This document shows positions 27,593 to 39,789 of a DNA stretch of 64,000 nucleotides, piece after piece (position 1 is the stretch's first letter; each line of letters begins with the position of its first letter). Under the pieces are notes generated by a model. It did no database searches. It was given only the letters and a program-made list of their open reading frames with translations, and was not told where the DNA came from. Position numbers and translations under genes: made by a program. Source of the stretch: Lama glama (lineage: Eukaryota); NCBI GenBank assembly GCA_028534125.1, contig CM052817.1:28460001-28524000 (forward strand), read 5' to 3'.

Positions 27593-28261
27593 TGGGAACA
27601 CAAATATGGAGTTCTCCTCATGAAGGGGTCCCAAACTTTCATAGTGGGGCATTTGAGAAGGTGGATCTCAATAAATTATCAAAGGAAAACTTAGAGAAAA
27701 GAGCTACAGAGAAATAAATATTGCCACCTTTGTGTTTAAATGAAGATAGAGAACAATTATTGTTAATTTCCTACTGTCAAGTATTATTTAAATTGTTCCT
27801 TCTACATTTGGACTTTGTTAACCATTTTGTTTTATTTTATATTAAAATAATACAAACCTTTAAAAATCGAAAAGATACCATGCTTGTTTCCAAGCCAAAC
27901 ATATATTCCCAAACTCTTCCAAATTTGTAATTATCATATTTTTGCTTTTGGATACATGAATTGAGTAATCAACAAAGTCAGAATTATTTATCTATAGTCC
28001 CATGAGAATTTTTGTCTGTTTCCTTCCCTTTGCTGAGTTAAAAAGCAATAATATTTGATACAGCTAATGATCACTACAATATCTTCACAAATTATTGTAG
28101 TATAATATATACTGAAATGGCAATTAAAAAGAAGTTAAATTATAATAACAAACTACTCAGGTAAATATCCTTGCAGTAATCAAGGTCAATAAATACTATC
28201 TTCAACAGCAAACACATGTGAATCCATCCAAAATGACAGATTGTATTTTTCATAGGAAACA

Positions 28262-28752
28262 GTATTTGTACTGAGCATCTTCTGTTTGCCCTTCTTGATT
28301 CACTTTTCTACCTTCTTCTCTTGTCTGTGCCCTGTGATAGGTGAAAGGTATGGAATAAATTGAATTAACAGGACCCCTTGTTCTCTGGCTCCCAGCTGGG
28401 TTTGATAAATGGGTTTGATGAACAGGAGATTTTATGGTGGGAGGAAAGTGAGGTATATAGCACTGTGTACATTTTCCCCAGACTCTATCTTACTGGGTTG
28501 GCTTCACTCTTCCACCAAAGACAACAACTTCTGTAAAGAAGATTTCTCCAGTAGCTCCTTCTGGGTTTTGGAAATGATTTAATTCATGTGTCCATTCTGA
28601 TGTGGGTTGGTATTGGCTCCCCCTATGCCCAGTGACAAGGTACTGAATCATTCCCAGTTGATTTCCTAAAACTCTGTCCACAACTTTTTAAACAGTCCCT
28701 GAATACAATCTACTCAAACTGTCCAGTTTGGATGTGCTGTTTCCTGGCTTAT
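28262..28752 (+). mobile_element. LTR16-family (ERVL) solo LTR
   Basis: Start 'tactgagcatcttctgtttgccc', middle 'cccttgttctctggctcccagctgggtttg', end 'aaacagtccctgaatacaatctactcaaactgtccagtttggatgtgctgtttcctg'. Confidence 0.7.
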
Positions 28753-28859
28753 ATAGAATTCCAACTTTTCCTAAATCTACTTCAGGCAAAATGTCAAAAG
28801 TTGACACAATTAGACATATTTTGTTAAGGTATCACCAGAAATTAAGAACTGCTATTTGT

Positions 28860-29550
28860 TATTTATTTATTCACTCATTCATTCATTCATTTATTCAGAT
28901 AAAATTTATTGATCACATATTCACAAAGTATGATCATAGACATTGGTGATGAGTTCATTGAAAAGGACAGATTTGTCCCTGACCTCAGGGAGTTTACATT
29001 CTAACTGAGGAGAAAGACATTAAGTGAATAAATGAGAACATTAAGCATTTAGATACTTTTATGATAATTGTTAAATAACTGCAAAGTTATAAAAGCATGT
29101 AGAAAGGGGATCTAACAAATTATTGGGAAAAGAGGGAGTGGGAATTTTTGTTGCTGTGTAGTTTTGTTCTGTTTTCAAATGCTCAGAATGAGGTTCAAAA
29201 TATAAATTTGAGTTTTTAAGAAAGAATGAAGAGAAAAAGAAAGTATCCAGAGTAGAAGAATTAGCCTCTATTGAGTCCCTGAAATGATAGAAGCCTGGTA
29301 TTTTCAAAGAATGGAAAAGTAGGAAATATTAAGGATTGAGGCTTTCATCCTGAAAAAGTGAGAACAATTGAAAGATTACAGGCTTAGCTTGATCTCACAG
29401 CCGTGTGTTTAACAGATGACAAACTGCATCTGGGGAAGCAGTTTTGAATGAAGTGGCAGAAGGTGAATAGAAAATAATCATTTAGAAGTTTGTTTCAGAA
29501 ATCTACCCAAGAGAAGATCCCAGCATGGATATAAAAAGTAGAATGGATGC
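28860..29550 (-). mobile_element. L2 LINE 3' end with (ATTC)n tail
   Basis: 'cattcattcattcatttattcagataaaatttattga...gtccctgacctcagggagtttacattcta' matches the antisense L2 terminus. Confidence 0.8.
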
Positions 29551-29699
29551 AAGGACTGGGTCTTCTGGGAACCAGATCCTGAGATGGTACTAGAAATGCA
29601 AGAACCTAAGAAAAATAAGGGAAGGGACGAATCAGAATTTGGTAGGGAAAGACTTCAGGCCATATTGCCTATAATGGACATTTTAATGAGTGCCAACCT

Positions 29700-30480
29700 A
29701 GTCCATCGTTTTTAATTTTAGAATTGGTCCTTAACAGTAATCCTATGGAAAACCCATGCCCAGCTTTCACTTATGTGCCCTGAGGTAGACTGCACTTCCT
29801 TCCTTAGTCTCCGTGATTTGTCTCCTTATCTTTCAGCAAACCACTTGCTAGAGTTTGTGTGTATGTGTGTGTGAGAAATATCTCATATGTACAAAATAAA
29901 ATATAGAAAGCTTTTATACTTTTTGAGAAAATGGTAAAAGTAGCCTAAATTTTATATCTGTTATTTTCTTGCTCTTCTTTTTAATGTTCTATACATCTAT
30001 CTATTAGCAATCCATTGTTCAGTTTTGCTTTATATAAATGATATAAAACTCTATATCCTTTCTTATCAACACTTATTTAAAAATGTTTTAAATTGAAAAA
30101 TTTTTATCCATGTTTATTTAAAAATTTTTGTCCATGTTGAAGTGTGACAGAAGTTCATTTACTGCCACAGCTCCATAGTATTTCATTTTATAAATATACT
30201 ACAATTTATTAATCTGTCTTTCTGTAGATGGACATATGGGTTTCTCTCCTTTTATATTATAAAGAATACATTAAATCAATTGATCCATTTGTAGAGAATT
30301 TACATCTTTATGGTTTTGAGATTCCTTAATGTCTTTTATTAAAATTTGATGTAGAGATGTCCCCTCCTCCCTTAACAATATAGAGGCTGGATACTTAATT
30401 TATTTCATGTATACATTCATATACATTACATATTATATTGTCTTCTTAACATCAGTGTCTATTTGTAAGTTTATCACAGT
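29700..30480 (-). mobile_element. Ancient L1 (L1ME) 3' end fragments
   Basis: 'tccatgttgaagtgtgacagaagttcatttactgcc...atagtatttcattttataaatatactacaatttattaatc...gatggacatatggg'. Confidence 0.6.
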
Positions 30481-31789
30481 ATCAAACAGATAAGTATCCA
30501 GAACTCTTTGGGGAAAAAGAGTTGGAAAATCATCTTAATTAGTGGCATATTTTTTATTATTATTAATTGCAGAAAGAAGTGAGGCACTGTTTTCTCTGCC
30601 CCAACCATTTCCATCACTTTTGGCCATCTCTCCTCTAACTGTATGAGATTAGCTTTCTAGTCAAATCAAGCAATATTCTTAGGTCACAAAGCAACAACTG
30701 AATCTATGCTGCTGTGTTTATCTGCTTTGATCTGGGCAATTTTCATCCTGGGATAATCTGATCTGGTTATTTGATTACGTCAGCTTTGGATGGATTTTGC
30801 TCCTCAGAGCAGAAATCTCAGAAGCCCCAAACTCAACCAAATTGGCAGCAGTCCATCTCACTAAGAGTGTGGAGAGAAAGAGAGAGTTCTATATTCATTT
30901 TCAGGAAAGGATATTTGTTGGAATAAGCCCACACATCTTTTGCCACATTGACATGTATTAAATTGTAAATCATCTTTAATAAATATTAAGCTGTGTGACT
31001 CTCCATTTGCATGCAAAAGAAAAGTTCTTTTGTATATGTAAGGCCAAGCTGAAAAACTAACAGGTGGTTTGGATAAATAAGTTTTCATTACCTGAAAACT
31101 TCCCCTGTGAGAAAAAAACAAGGATTTTATCCACATTTTACTTTTACACCATTCACAGCTCTACACTTTCTCATCTGTGTTACTTTAAGATTAAATTTGG
31201 AAAATAATGTAAATATGAAAAGGGGGCCTGTAAGAGGATTTCCTGGACTATGGTTATTTGAATATTCTCTATGTAAAATATGACCTGTAACTCTAGGCGC
31301 CCTTCTGCTCAGACGGTCTATTTTTTTATGTCAAAGAAGCTTGCTCTGAAGAAATGTTCTTAATGTAAAAAGTACAATAATTAAAAACACACTTTTATAG
31401 TGGTTATCTTTTTAAATAGACATTTATCCTGTTTTACTTTATGTTTCCGAAAACAGATATTACCTGCTCTGTAAATTTGATCAGTGAATACTACATGACA
31501 TTTCTTCTTAAATTGTGTATGGTTTGGCAGACACTGTTTAAACATTTCTTTTGCTTTGGTTTTAGTTTTGATTGTTTTAAATCAAGGCTTGACTTTAAGG
31601 TGGCAAGGTTAGGAAATAAAGGACCAAAATAGTTCTTTTCTTTGTCTCTTCCTGTGCTAATACTGTGGTTCCCATGATCTAATAAAGGGACAAGCAAATA
31701 AAATAAATAAGGGGGATTAAAAAGTAAAAAAAGAAAAAATCAAGCAAAAAGCAAACTGTATCTAGTTTTCTGGGTTTCCCACAACAATT

Positions 31790-32745
31790 TCTCAATGCCA
31801 TTCCTATATACTAACAATAAATAAATGAATTTGAAATAAAAAACCCAGTATCACTTACATTAGAAACCAAAAATGAATAAATTCTAGATAGTAATCTTGC
31901 AATATTTGTACAAGATTTATATGGGAAAACTATACAGCTCTGATGAGCAAAACCAGAGAACTAAATAAATGGAGAGATGTTCCATGTTCATAGATAGGAA
32001 GACCCAATATTATCAAAATGTCAGTTCTTCCCAAATTGATCTATAGATTCAATCTCAATCAAAATTCCAGGAAGTTATTTCGTGAATATCAAAAAACTGA
32101 TTCTAAAGTTTATGCAGAGAGGCAAAAGATTCAAAAGAGCCAACACAATACTGAAAAAGAATCAAGTTGGAGGACTGACACTATCTGACTTCAAGACTTA
32201 CTATAAAGCTACAGTAATCAAGACAGTGTGAAATTTGTGGGGAAAAAAAAAAGGCCAATAGATCAATGGAATAAGATAGAGACCCCCTCAAATAGAGAAA
32301 CACTAAATTCATATTCCTAAGTGAAATAATCCAATCTAAAAAGGCTACATATCTTATTATTTCAGCTATATGACACTCTGAAAAAGCAAAACTATAGAAA
32401 TAAAAAAAAAAAAATCAATTCTTACCAGGATTGGGAAGTAAGGGAAGGAGGAATAGGTGGAGTACAGAGGAATTTTAGAGTAATGAAAAGACTATGTGTG
32501 ATATCATAATGATAGAGATAGGCCATTATACATTTGTTAGTTTGTAAGAGTAAGCCATTATGCAAACTATAAACTTTGGGTAACTATGATAAGGTTCATC
32601 AGTGGTAACAAATGTGCCACTCTGGTGGGGGATGTTGATAACAGAGGAGGTTAAGCATGTATAGGGGCAGGGAACATATGGGAAATTTCTATACCTTCCC
32701 CTAAATTTTGCTGTGAACCTTAAACTGCTCTAAAAAACTGTTTTC
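31790..32745 (+). mobile_element. L1MC-family (L1MC1/2-like) LINE: ORF2 fragment joined to the 3' end across an internal deletion
   Basis: ORF2 text 'aaatggagagatgttccatgttcatagataggaagac...gacttcaagacttactataaagctacagtaatcaagacagtg', followed by the L1MC1-type terminus 'ttttgctgtgaaccttaaactgctctaaaaaa'. Confidence 0.85.
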
Positions 32746-32855
32746 AGTAAAAACAAAACAAAAAACGATAATGGAGAACAAAAAGAGACAGACTCCCTTG
32801 TTCTTAATATATTAGATAGAAACTATCCAGAATGAATATAAGTAAGAAGAGTTGT

Positions 32856-33863
32856 TTAAAGTTTGCAAGGGGCATCCTGGACACAGGTGTAGTCTTTCAA
32901 CAGACTACAGTATCCGTAATATGCAGAACTGTCCTAGTAGTAGTCGTATTAATGGGGAATACTCTACTATATTGACTTAAATGGTGCATAGAGTCCTTAT
33001 ACCTGGGCAAGCAGGGACTCTTGTCCAAGAGGCAAGCTTTGGAATCACTTCATTGACTGAAACTAGCTGGGAGGCACTGTCATGTGGGCAGGATATTCTG
33101 AGGTCATACTGAAGTGTGTGTGATATTTGGTCCTTTCAGCCCCTTCATGGTGGGGCTGGCCAATGCCTAAGTTGCTCCAGGACTCACCCCAAAGAGTTGT
33201 CCTGTGGCCCCATGGCTGGAACTAGGTTCTAGCTGGATGGCCTGGTGGATCAAGAGCTCATCCTGGATGTTGTATTTCTTTCATAGAATCACAGACAAGA
33301 TTGGGCTACCAGATGGTGCTGATACATAGGTTTTGGTGAAACTCAAATTATAGACAAGATATGCTCAGGCTCTGGACTACTTAGTCCTTTGCCTCATCTT
33401 GCACTTGAGTTGCAAATGCGGACCTGAGTTTAAGCACTTGCCCATGTTACAACCACAGTGCTACCTCCATTTTTAGCACCTTGGGGCAGTGAGTTTGGTG
33501 GTGGGCATTGTTTCCCATGTACCCACCATCTTCTCCCCACTTCCTTCCATGATAGTGGATTTCTCTGTACCAAGCATCAGCCTTCTGGATGAATTTATCT
33601 GAGACTGGCTGAACTCATTCTCTGAGGGTTTCCAAAATCATGCACAGTAAGGGAGGTTTGGTGTGAAGTTTTTAAAACCCCTCAAAAAATATAGGTTCAG
33701 CCATTCCCAGAAACCTGACTAATACTTGGTACCAAGCCCATGAAAGTGTTGGGGTGACTACCCTGGATGCCAGCAGGGGAGGAGTGGTGATGCTCACAAG
33801 GTCAAGGATGCCCACTGCTGGCGACTTGGTGTAGCATAAAGGTGTGCAGTCAACACCAACAGT
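32856..33863 (-). pseudogene. Intronless decayed coding-like sequence (~335 codons); probable processed pseudogene, parent not recognised
   Basis: Manual translation gives long protein-like stretches (...SDKFIQKADAWYREIHYHGRKWGEDGGYMGNNAHHQTHCPKVLKMEVALWL*HGQVLKLRSAFATQVQDEAKD*VVQSL / AYLVYNLSFTKTYVSAPSGSPILSVIL*KKYNIQDELLIHQAIQLE... / YDYY*DSSAYYGYCSLLKDYTCVQDAPCKL*) with isolated stops and frameshifts. It is visibly more GC-rich than its flanks and matches no repeat I recognise. Confidence 0.55.
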
Positions 33864-34044
33864 TCACATCCTAGTGATTATGTCCTAAAGAGTTCAAGAG
33901 AAGACATGGTTAACGTATTGTTCTTTGTTTACAGGATTGCATTCCAAATAGTAAATTTAACATGACCAGAAAATGAATTATCATTTACATTTTTCTGCCT
34001 AATCTAGGTAAAACTTGAATTTGAGAGAGTCATTAGATGCTAAT

Positions 34045-34522
34045 AGTCATGGGTGGCATAATAGATGACGGATGATGCAGTGTCAAGAGTAAGGATGTAA
34101 TCAGCATTAAGTAAATGGCATTGGGAAACCACAGAGGCAAGAGGACCCAACTGGTTCAATACAAATAGTTTCTGACAGGCCATAGCATTGCGAGTAATAA
34201 CAGCATTGCTGTGTTTTTTTTCTCCTGGTTGGAAATATGAAATTAGCCAGGAATGTTGCATTTGAAAAACAATTAAAAACACAAAATGATCATTCCTGGT
34301 CATGAACAGGAAGTGATGGTGTCTGGACACTAGGAAGAATTTTTGTGTGTACTGATTGGAAAATAAACAAATACATAGGTTCTTCTTCTCCATGCCTAAT
34401 TCTAAATCTTCAAGGACATGGGCCATGATGCAAAATATTTTAAAACTGATTATTTTGGTATAAAAAGAGCTCCGCAAAAATATTTGCCTGGGGTCTGCAC
34501 ATCCTATGGGAGATCTAGGTCA
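34045..34522. mobile_element. Possible hAT-Tip100-type non-autonomous DNA transposon remnant
   Basis: The right end 'aaatatttgcctggggtctgcacatcctatgggagatctagg' resembles Tip100-family subterminal sequence. Confidence 0.35.
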
Positions 34523-35795
34523 GGACAGTGGTAAAATCCACCACTACTGAAAAAGTAAAAGCAGAAGCAGAGATAGGGGATCCAGCATCTGACTTGCTCC
34601 AAATCCTCCTCAATTACTTCTTCCCTTCTTCTTGGGGATAACCAGTGACTCTCTAAGGTCCCAAGGATCACGGCTGAAAAACAAAACCCATCTTTCATCA
34701 TCCAAATTATTTCTAATCAACACAGAGAAATGGTACATGTAATGACTGTCCCTTCTATTACTTAAAATTAATTAATAAACAATTATTAAGCTCATTGACA
34801 ATTAATTATTAACAATAATAAATAATAAAACAATTGTTACCTATCACTGGATAATTAGAAATTTGAAAAATATAATTTTTCTTAAATCAAGGAGCAAGAA
34901 AAATACTATTTTTATAGGATTGATTAATTTGGTTAATTTGGAAGACAAACTTTTTTTAATGATTTTTATAATTGCATAATTTTAATAATTGCATCTATTT
35001 TTATTAAACTTCTACAGATTTACTAGTCTTAATAATATTTTTTATTTCAATTCTAAAGCTAGCTGATGATCCTTGAAAAATTATAAAAATATCAAAATTA
35101 GAAAAAAAGCCATCTCAGTTTGACCTGCCAAGTGTTATTAACAATAACTTATTATTGCATTTTACTTGACACTGTATGCTATGTATTATCAGTGTGACTT
35201 TAAAATTTTTTTAGGAATAAAATATCAGATGAAAGTTTGTACCAAATGATATAATTAGCTTTTATTTAATAGCATAACAAATTATATTTTTCTGACATAA
35301 TATAAATCATAAAAAAATCAATAAATGCTTAAACATTTAAAGAAATCTCATTGACTTTCCAAGTATTTTGGCAAAGATTACTTTCAATTTAAATATTTCT
35401 AATCTCTATGTAAATATACTATTTTAACAAAGAAATAAAATCTTTTGTTTATTTGAAAAACACATGAAGGTGAAGTTAAGCAGTAATTATATTTTCTTCC
35501 AAACAAATTAAACCAAATCAACCAAATTTACTTCTAAATTTTAAATTAGACTACTTAGAACAAAGATGTGAAAACCATAATAATTAAAATGCTTTTTATA
35601 ATAACCTGTTGAAAAATTATTTACCTTACTCATTTACCAACTTCTTATATGTATAAATTAATAAGCAAATCTAACAGCAATTTATTAAACCATTTCAAAA
35701 TATTTTATACTTTTTACATACTTTCTTCACTATTCATACATTAGCCATTAATAAAAATATTTTAAAAATAATAATTCTATGTAAATCTTATCTTT

Positions 35796-35814
35796 CTACC
35801 AATAGGTGGCACTA
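35796..35814 (+). promoter_or_regulatory. Candidate CTCF-binding site
   Basis: ctaCCAATAGGTGGCACTA versus the CTCF core CCASYAGRKGGCRSY: one mismatch. Confidence 0.45.
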
Positions 35815-36975
35815 AAAATGTGTATATATCAATAGGAAACCACATTCACTACTCTGCTGAAGATGCCTTTTTACAATTCAATTTTGGCTGTGGTTTGAGT
35901 CAGGAGCACCCATCAACCATAAAATTACTATGATGTGAACAAAAGGAGTTTCATTATGCAAATAGTATGCATAATGATGGACTGTTACATCAAGAATATT
36001 TTACTCTGCTGGTATTATAAAATTTATATTGTGCTCAACTGAAATGGTATTTTATTTAGTAAAGTGGGTATCATATTTTTCTCCTTTACTATTATTATCT
36101 GGTAAAATTACCATTTCCATTTTAGTCTAGGATGCAGACGTTCACCTGAGTAAATAATGCATATAGAAGAATTTTGCAGAATTCGGATGCATTTTGGCTT
36201 TGTTTAGACTATGTATAAATATATTCTCTGATTTGTAGTTCTTAATAAAGCCAGGAGCAAATATTTGAGTATTTGAATTTGCATTAATTTTATTAATAGC
36301 ACCCTTCATTTTATCCATGTATATATATTTAAAATTCTTCACTTCCCAGTATAATCAAAGTCTGATATCTCAGTCATTTAGAATCCTTTTAAATCTAATT
36401 TATTTTAGAGGTTTGTTTCATCAACTCATGAGGAAAGAAACAAAAACCTTATGATATTCATTCTGCATTTTTAACAGTCGTTTTATCACTTTGATTTATT
36501 GCCATAAGACAAATCTTAATGATACTTCAATTTTAAAACTGTATTTTATTCTGAGCTCAGTCTGTGTGATTTATTCAGATTTTCTAAGAAAATATGAACC
36601 ACTGAGTAGCTATTATGTAGCAAATGTGTTTTATATCATAGTAATAAACATACATTTTTTCATACCCGAACTTGCCAATAATCAGATATCCTTGAGTACT
36701 TTCAGTGTTTTTATTGGATCCCAGTGAAGTCTCATTATCTTGTACAATTTGTCTGAACTATGTTCTCCAGATTTTTACTGTTTTCTGCTCTTTAGGCCTA
36801 TGTGAGAAAACAAATTTGCCTGACATGGAGCTTTATTTAATTCTATTTCCATTGTCTCATCTCTGATCAGAGGTAGCTCAATATGAAACTCTTTCCTTTC
36901 TCCTATTTGCTGGTAGGAATTCAGCTTAGTTTTCTTCCTTTTCTGAGCTGCCCAAACCCTATTTCTTGATGCTTC

Positions 36976-37744
36976 TATTACGGAGCATGGGCTTAATGCT
37001 TGCTTTTCTTTAAAACAATAAGTGTAAGAGGTTATGCTGATAGGAAGGAAAGTTGCTTTTAATCAAAATGGCAGCAATCTGGGGAGACAGTGGAATTAGT
37101 GTTCCCAAAAAAATCACCTCCGAAGATTGTGCTCAGTAATGAAAAATTTTAAAGGGAAATAGGGAAGTAATCTCAGTTGATTATTGAGATAAGGAGGTCA
37201 GAGTCATCACCACACCCCCACAACCATGCGCAAATCTGTCAATGTCTCCTGAATTTTCCTTAGATGCTATCTTGTTCACAGTTGCTCCTGAGATTACTGA
37301 AGGGGAAGCTAGGGAAGAGATCTGGTCATTTGTTAATTACTTCTTCTCTATTTCTACTTCCTCACTGTGTGGAAAAAGACCAACAAATTAAGAAAGGTGT
37401 TGTGTGATCAAAAGATCTGAAAGGTGTGTGTAAGCCAAAGATGAACAGAGCATGGGGTTCCCTGGTTTAAGGTCAGTTACAATATAGTTTTGCTAAAGTG
37501 ACAAGAAAAGGGATTTCCTGCTGGGGTGCTTTTCTGAAAAGAGCTGCTTACATGGTGGCAGTTATAGTATTTATAAAATAACTCAGGCATGTGCTTGAGA
37601 CAGTAAGTCTGTGACTGCTGTCCCAGTCATCAACAGCTTGAGCCTGGTCTTTGGGGACTCAGGGAGGCCTGGGAGACTTCAGCTTTTTTATAAACAGGAG
37701 GCAGGGGTTGGGGAGATGCCCTGTCAGGGTCCTGGTTGGTTTCA
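36976..37744 (-). mobile_element. ERV1-class solo LTR (lineage-specific)
   Basis: The reverse complement begins TGAAACCAACCAGGACCCTG and the other end is 'tattacggagcatggg' (degraded TG...CA boundary). Flanking 4-mers cttc / cctc are consistent with a 4-bp TSD. Confidence 0.7.
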
Positions 37745-38006
37745 CCTCCACCTCACATACCCACTTGTAAAGAAAAATACACACTCATCAGTCCCTCCTT
37801 TCACCCCTGTACCTTGGTCATCCTCTTTTCTTCATACCACCATGCTCAGCTTGAATGTTTTTAGAGTTTATAGAATAAGACAGGTAAAAATTTTAATCAT
37901 TATTAGAGATAAAAAAAAAAAGCTTAATGAGAAGGTATTTGTTACTTTAACTTGAAAATGCAGGAAAGGATTCAGATACAGTCAAACATGGACTTATCTA
38001 GCATCA

Positions 38007-38509
38007 TGCAGTAGCCAGTCTCCAAGATGGCCCCCAATGCTTCTCGCTTCTTGGAATTCACAATTGTATAGGTCCCTCCCACACTGTACGAGAGTTGATC
38101 TGTGTGACCAATTGCATACAGCCCAAGTGATGCTGTGTCACTTCCAAAATTAGTTATCAGAAGACTACGTTTTCTGTTTTGAGCACTTTCTTTCTTATTC
38201 ACTGTGTCTCTGTCATTTACTCTGGAGGAAACCAGATACCACATTATGGAAATGCTACCTGGGGGAGAAGTGATGTCTTTAGTCAACAGACCACAGTGAA
38301 TTGAAGCCTACCAAAAAAACACATGAGTGAGCTCAGAAGTAAATCTTCCAGCCCCAGCTGAGCATCATGGGAGACCCTAAGCCTCAAACACCATCTAAGT
38401 CACCTCTGAATTCTTGACATACAGAAACTAGGAGGAAACAAATAACTGTATTTTTTCATGCTGCTAAGTTTTGGAGTAATTTGTTACACAGCAATAGGTA
38501 ACTAATACA
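38007..38509 (+). mobile_element. MLT1F-like (ERVL-MaLR) solo LTR
   Basis: Starts 'tgcagtagccagtctccaagatggcccccaatg' and ends 'ctaagttttggagtaatttgttacacagcaataggtaactaataca'. Confidence 0.85.
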
Positions 38510-38655
38510 GAACTCAAATTATATTATCAAACCTCTGTCAGAGTCTCAATATAGTTGGCTCTCGTTATATAAATTTGCAACAATTACAGATGCAAATTTC
38601 AGGTATATCAAACAATGTAATCATGAGCCATCTCCTTATCACATGGATTTTATAT

Positions 38656-38808
38656 CAGGGATCTGCAAACAACAACTCAAATCAGACCTGCCAACTATTG
38701 TTATAAATAAAGTTTTATTGGAATTTGTTTATATTTTGTCTATTACTACTCTCCTGCTACAGTTGCATCATTGAATAATGACAGAGATCATATGGCTTAC
38801 AAATCCTG
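38656..38808 (+). mobile_element. MER58A-like hAT-Charlie MITE
   Basis: 'cagggatctgcaaac...ttataaataaagttttattggaa...gacagagatcatatggcttacaaa'. Confidence 0.7.
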
Positions 38809-38829
38809 TTCTATGTGGTGAGCAGTATA

Positions 38830-39170
38830 CACCTTGGCTTACATTCTTCTAATTTAGTAGCAAATGCAGAAAGAAAAATAAACTAAATTCACAACTTGAC
38901 AGAAAAATTTTGAGAGGACTCTGATGTACCTGTAACTGTCTTGGGTCATACGCTTTTGTACCAATTGTGTAGACAGGTGGAAATTTTTCTGTAATTGGCT
39001 GACCCTAAGTCACGTGACCATTCAGCCTTTTGGAAATGTAGGATGAACTCTATGCAAGGCAGATAAAATTGGTTCCACACGTGAAAGAGGGATCTTGTTC
39101 TTAAAGAAATGTATTGCTATCTAGGTGCACTTGACAGGAGGCAAGGAAGTTGAATGAGATGCTCACATAA
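38830..39170 (-). mobile_element. Old MaLR (MLT1-type) LTR remnant
   Basis: 'ttgggtcatacgcttttgtaccaattg...taattggctgaccctaagtcacgtgacc'. Confidence 0.35.
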
Positions 39171-39789
39171 AATCATTGTAGAAATATGTTACAAAAACAT
39201 AGCTACTATAATGAAAATGACAAAGTAGTAGGGATTGCACAAATGCGCCAAAGAACCACGATTTTTATCCCTAAAGTCTTCGTGAAACTCTCTTTCTTGG
39301 TAGAAAAAGGCCTGCTGTTCTCTCTTTCTCTTTCATTCATGAGAATGGAAATCATTCATGCCCCATCTCCTTGTTTTTATCCTTTTCTTTTCAAGTAGGC
39401 CTCTTCCTGAGTTACAGTTAAGAGAGAGAACAACACGCATTAACTATAAGTCATCCAAGTCCCATGCAGGTCATCTATAGGTTTGGTAAACTTCATTGCT
39501 CCATCATATTCATACTAAATCCTTGAATTATTATAATCATTTTAGATTCTTCTATATATATTTTTGACATTTCCTCATGTAAATTTCAGGTAAAAGCTGT
39601 GAGGTAAATATTTTATTGCCACAGTGGCTCTGGTCCCCTGGGAAAATGCTAATTGGGTTATCTCATCTCAGGAGAAAATTCAATCAATCATCTTCTTACC
39701 GCCTGATGCAATTGCTGGCACATAATTTAGGCAAGTGATAAAGGGTCATTGTTTCTTAGGAAAATGCAAATCTTACATACATAAGTTAG

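Noticed and set aside
31293..31312. Second CTCF-like sequence (aggcgcccttctgctc)
   Set aside because: It needs a 1-nt gap in the core to fit the motif.
32871..33100. Plus-strand ILDTG...GQDIL, resembling a retroviral aspartic protease
   Set aside because: The intervening residues are not protease-like, no reverse transcriptase motifs follow, and the minus strand gives the more coherent translation.
34040..34477. 145-aa minus-strand ORF
   Set aside because: Overlaps a probable DNA-transposon remnant, has a non-ATG start and shows no recognisable domain.
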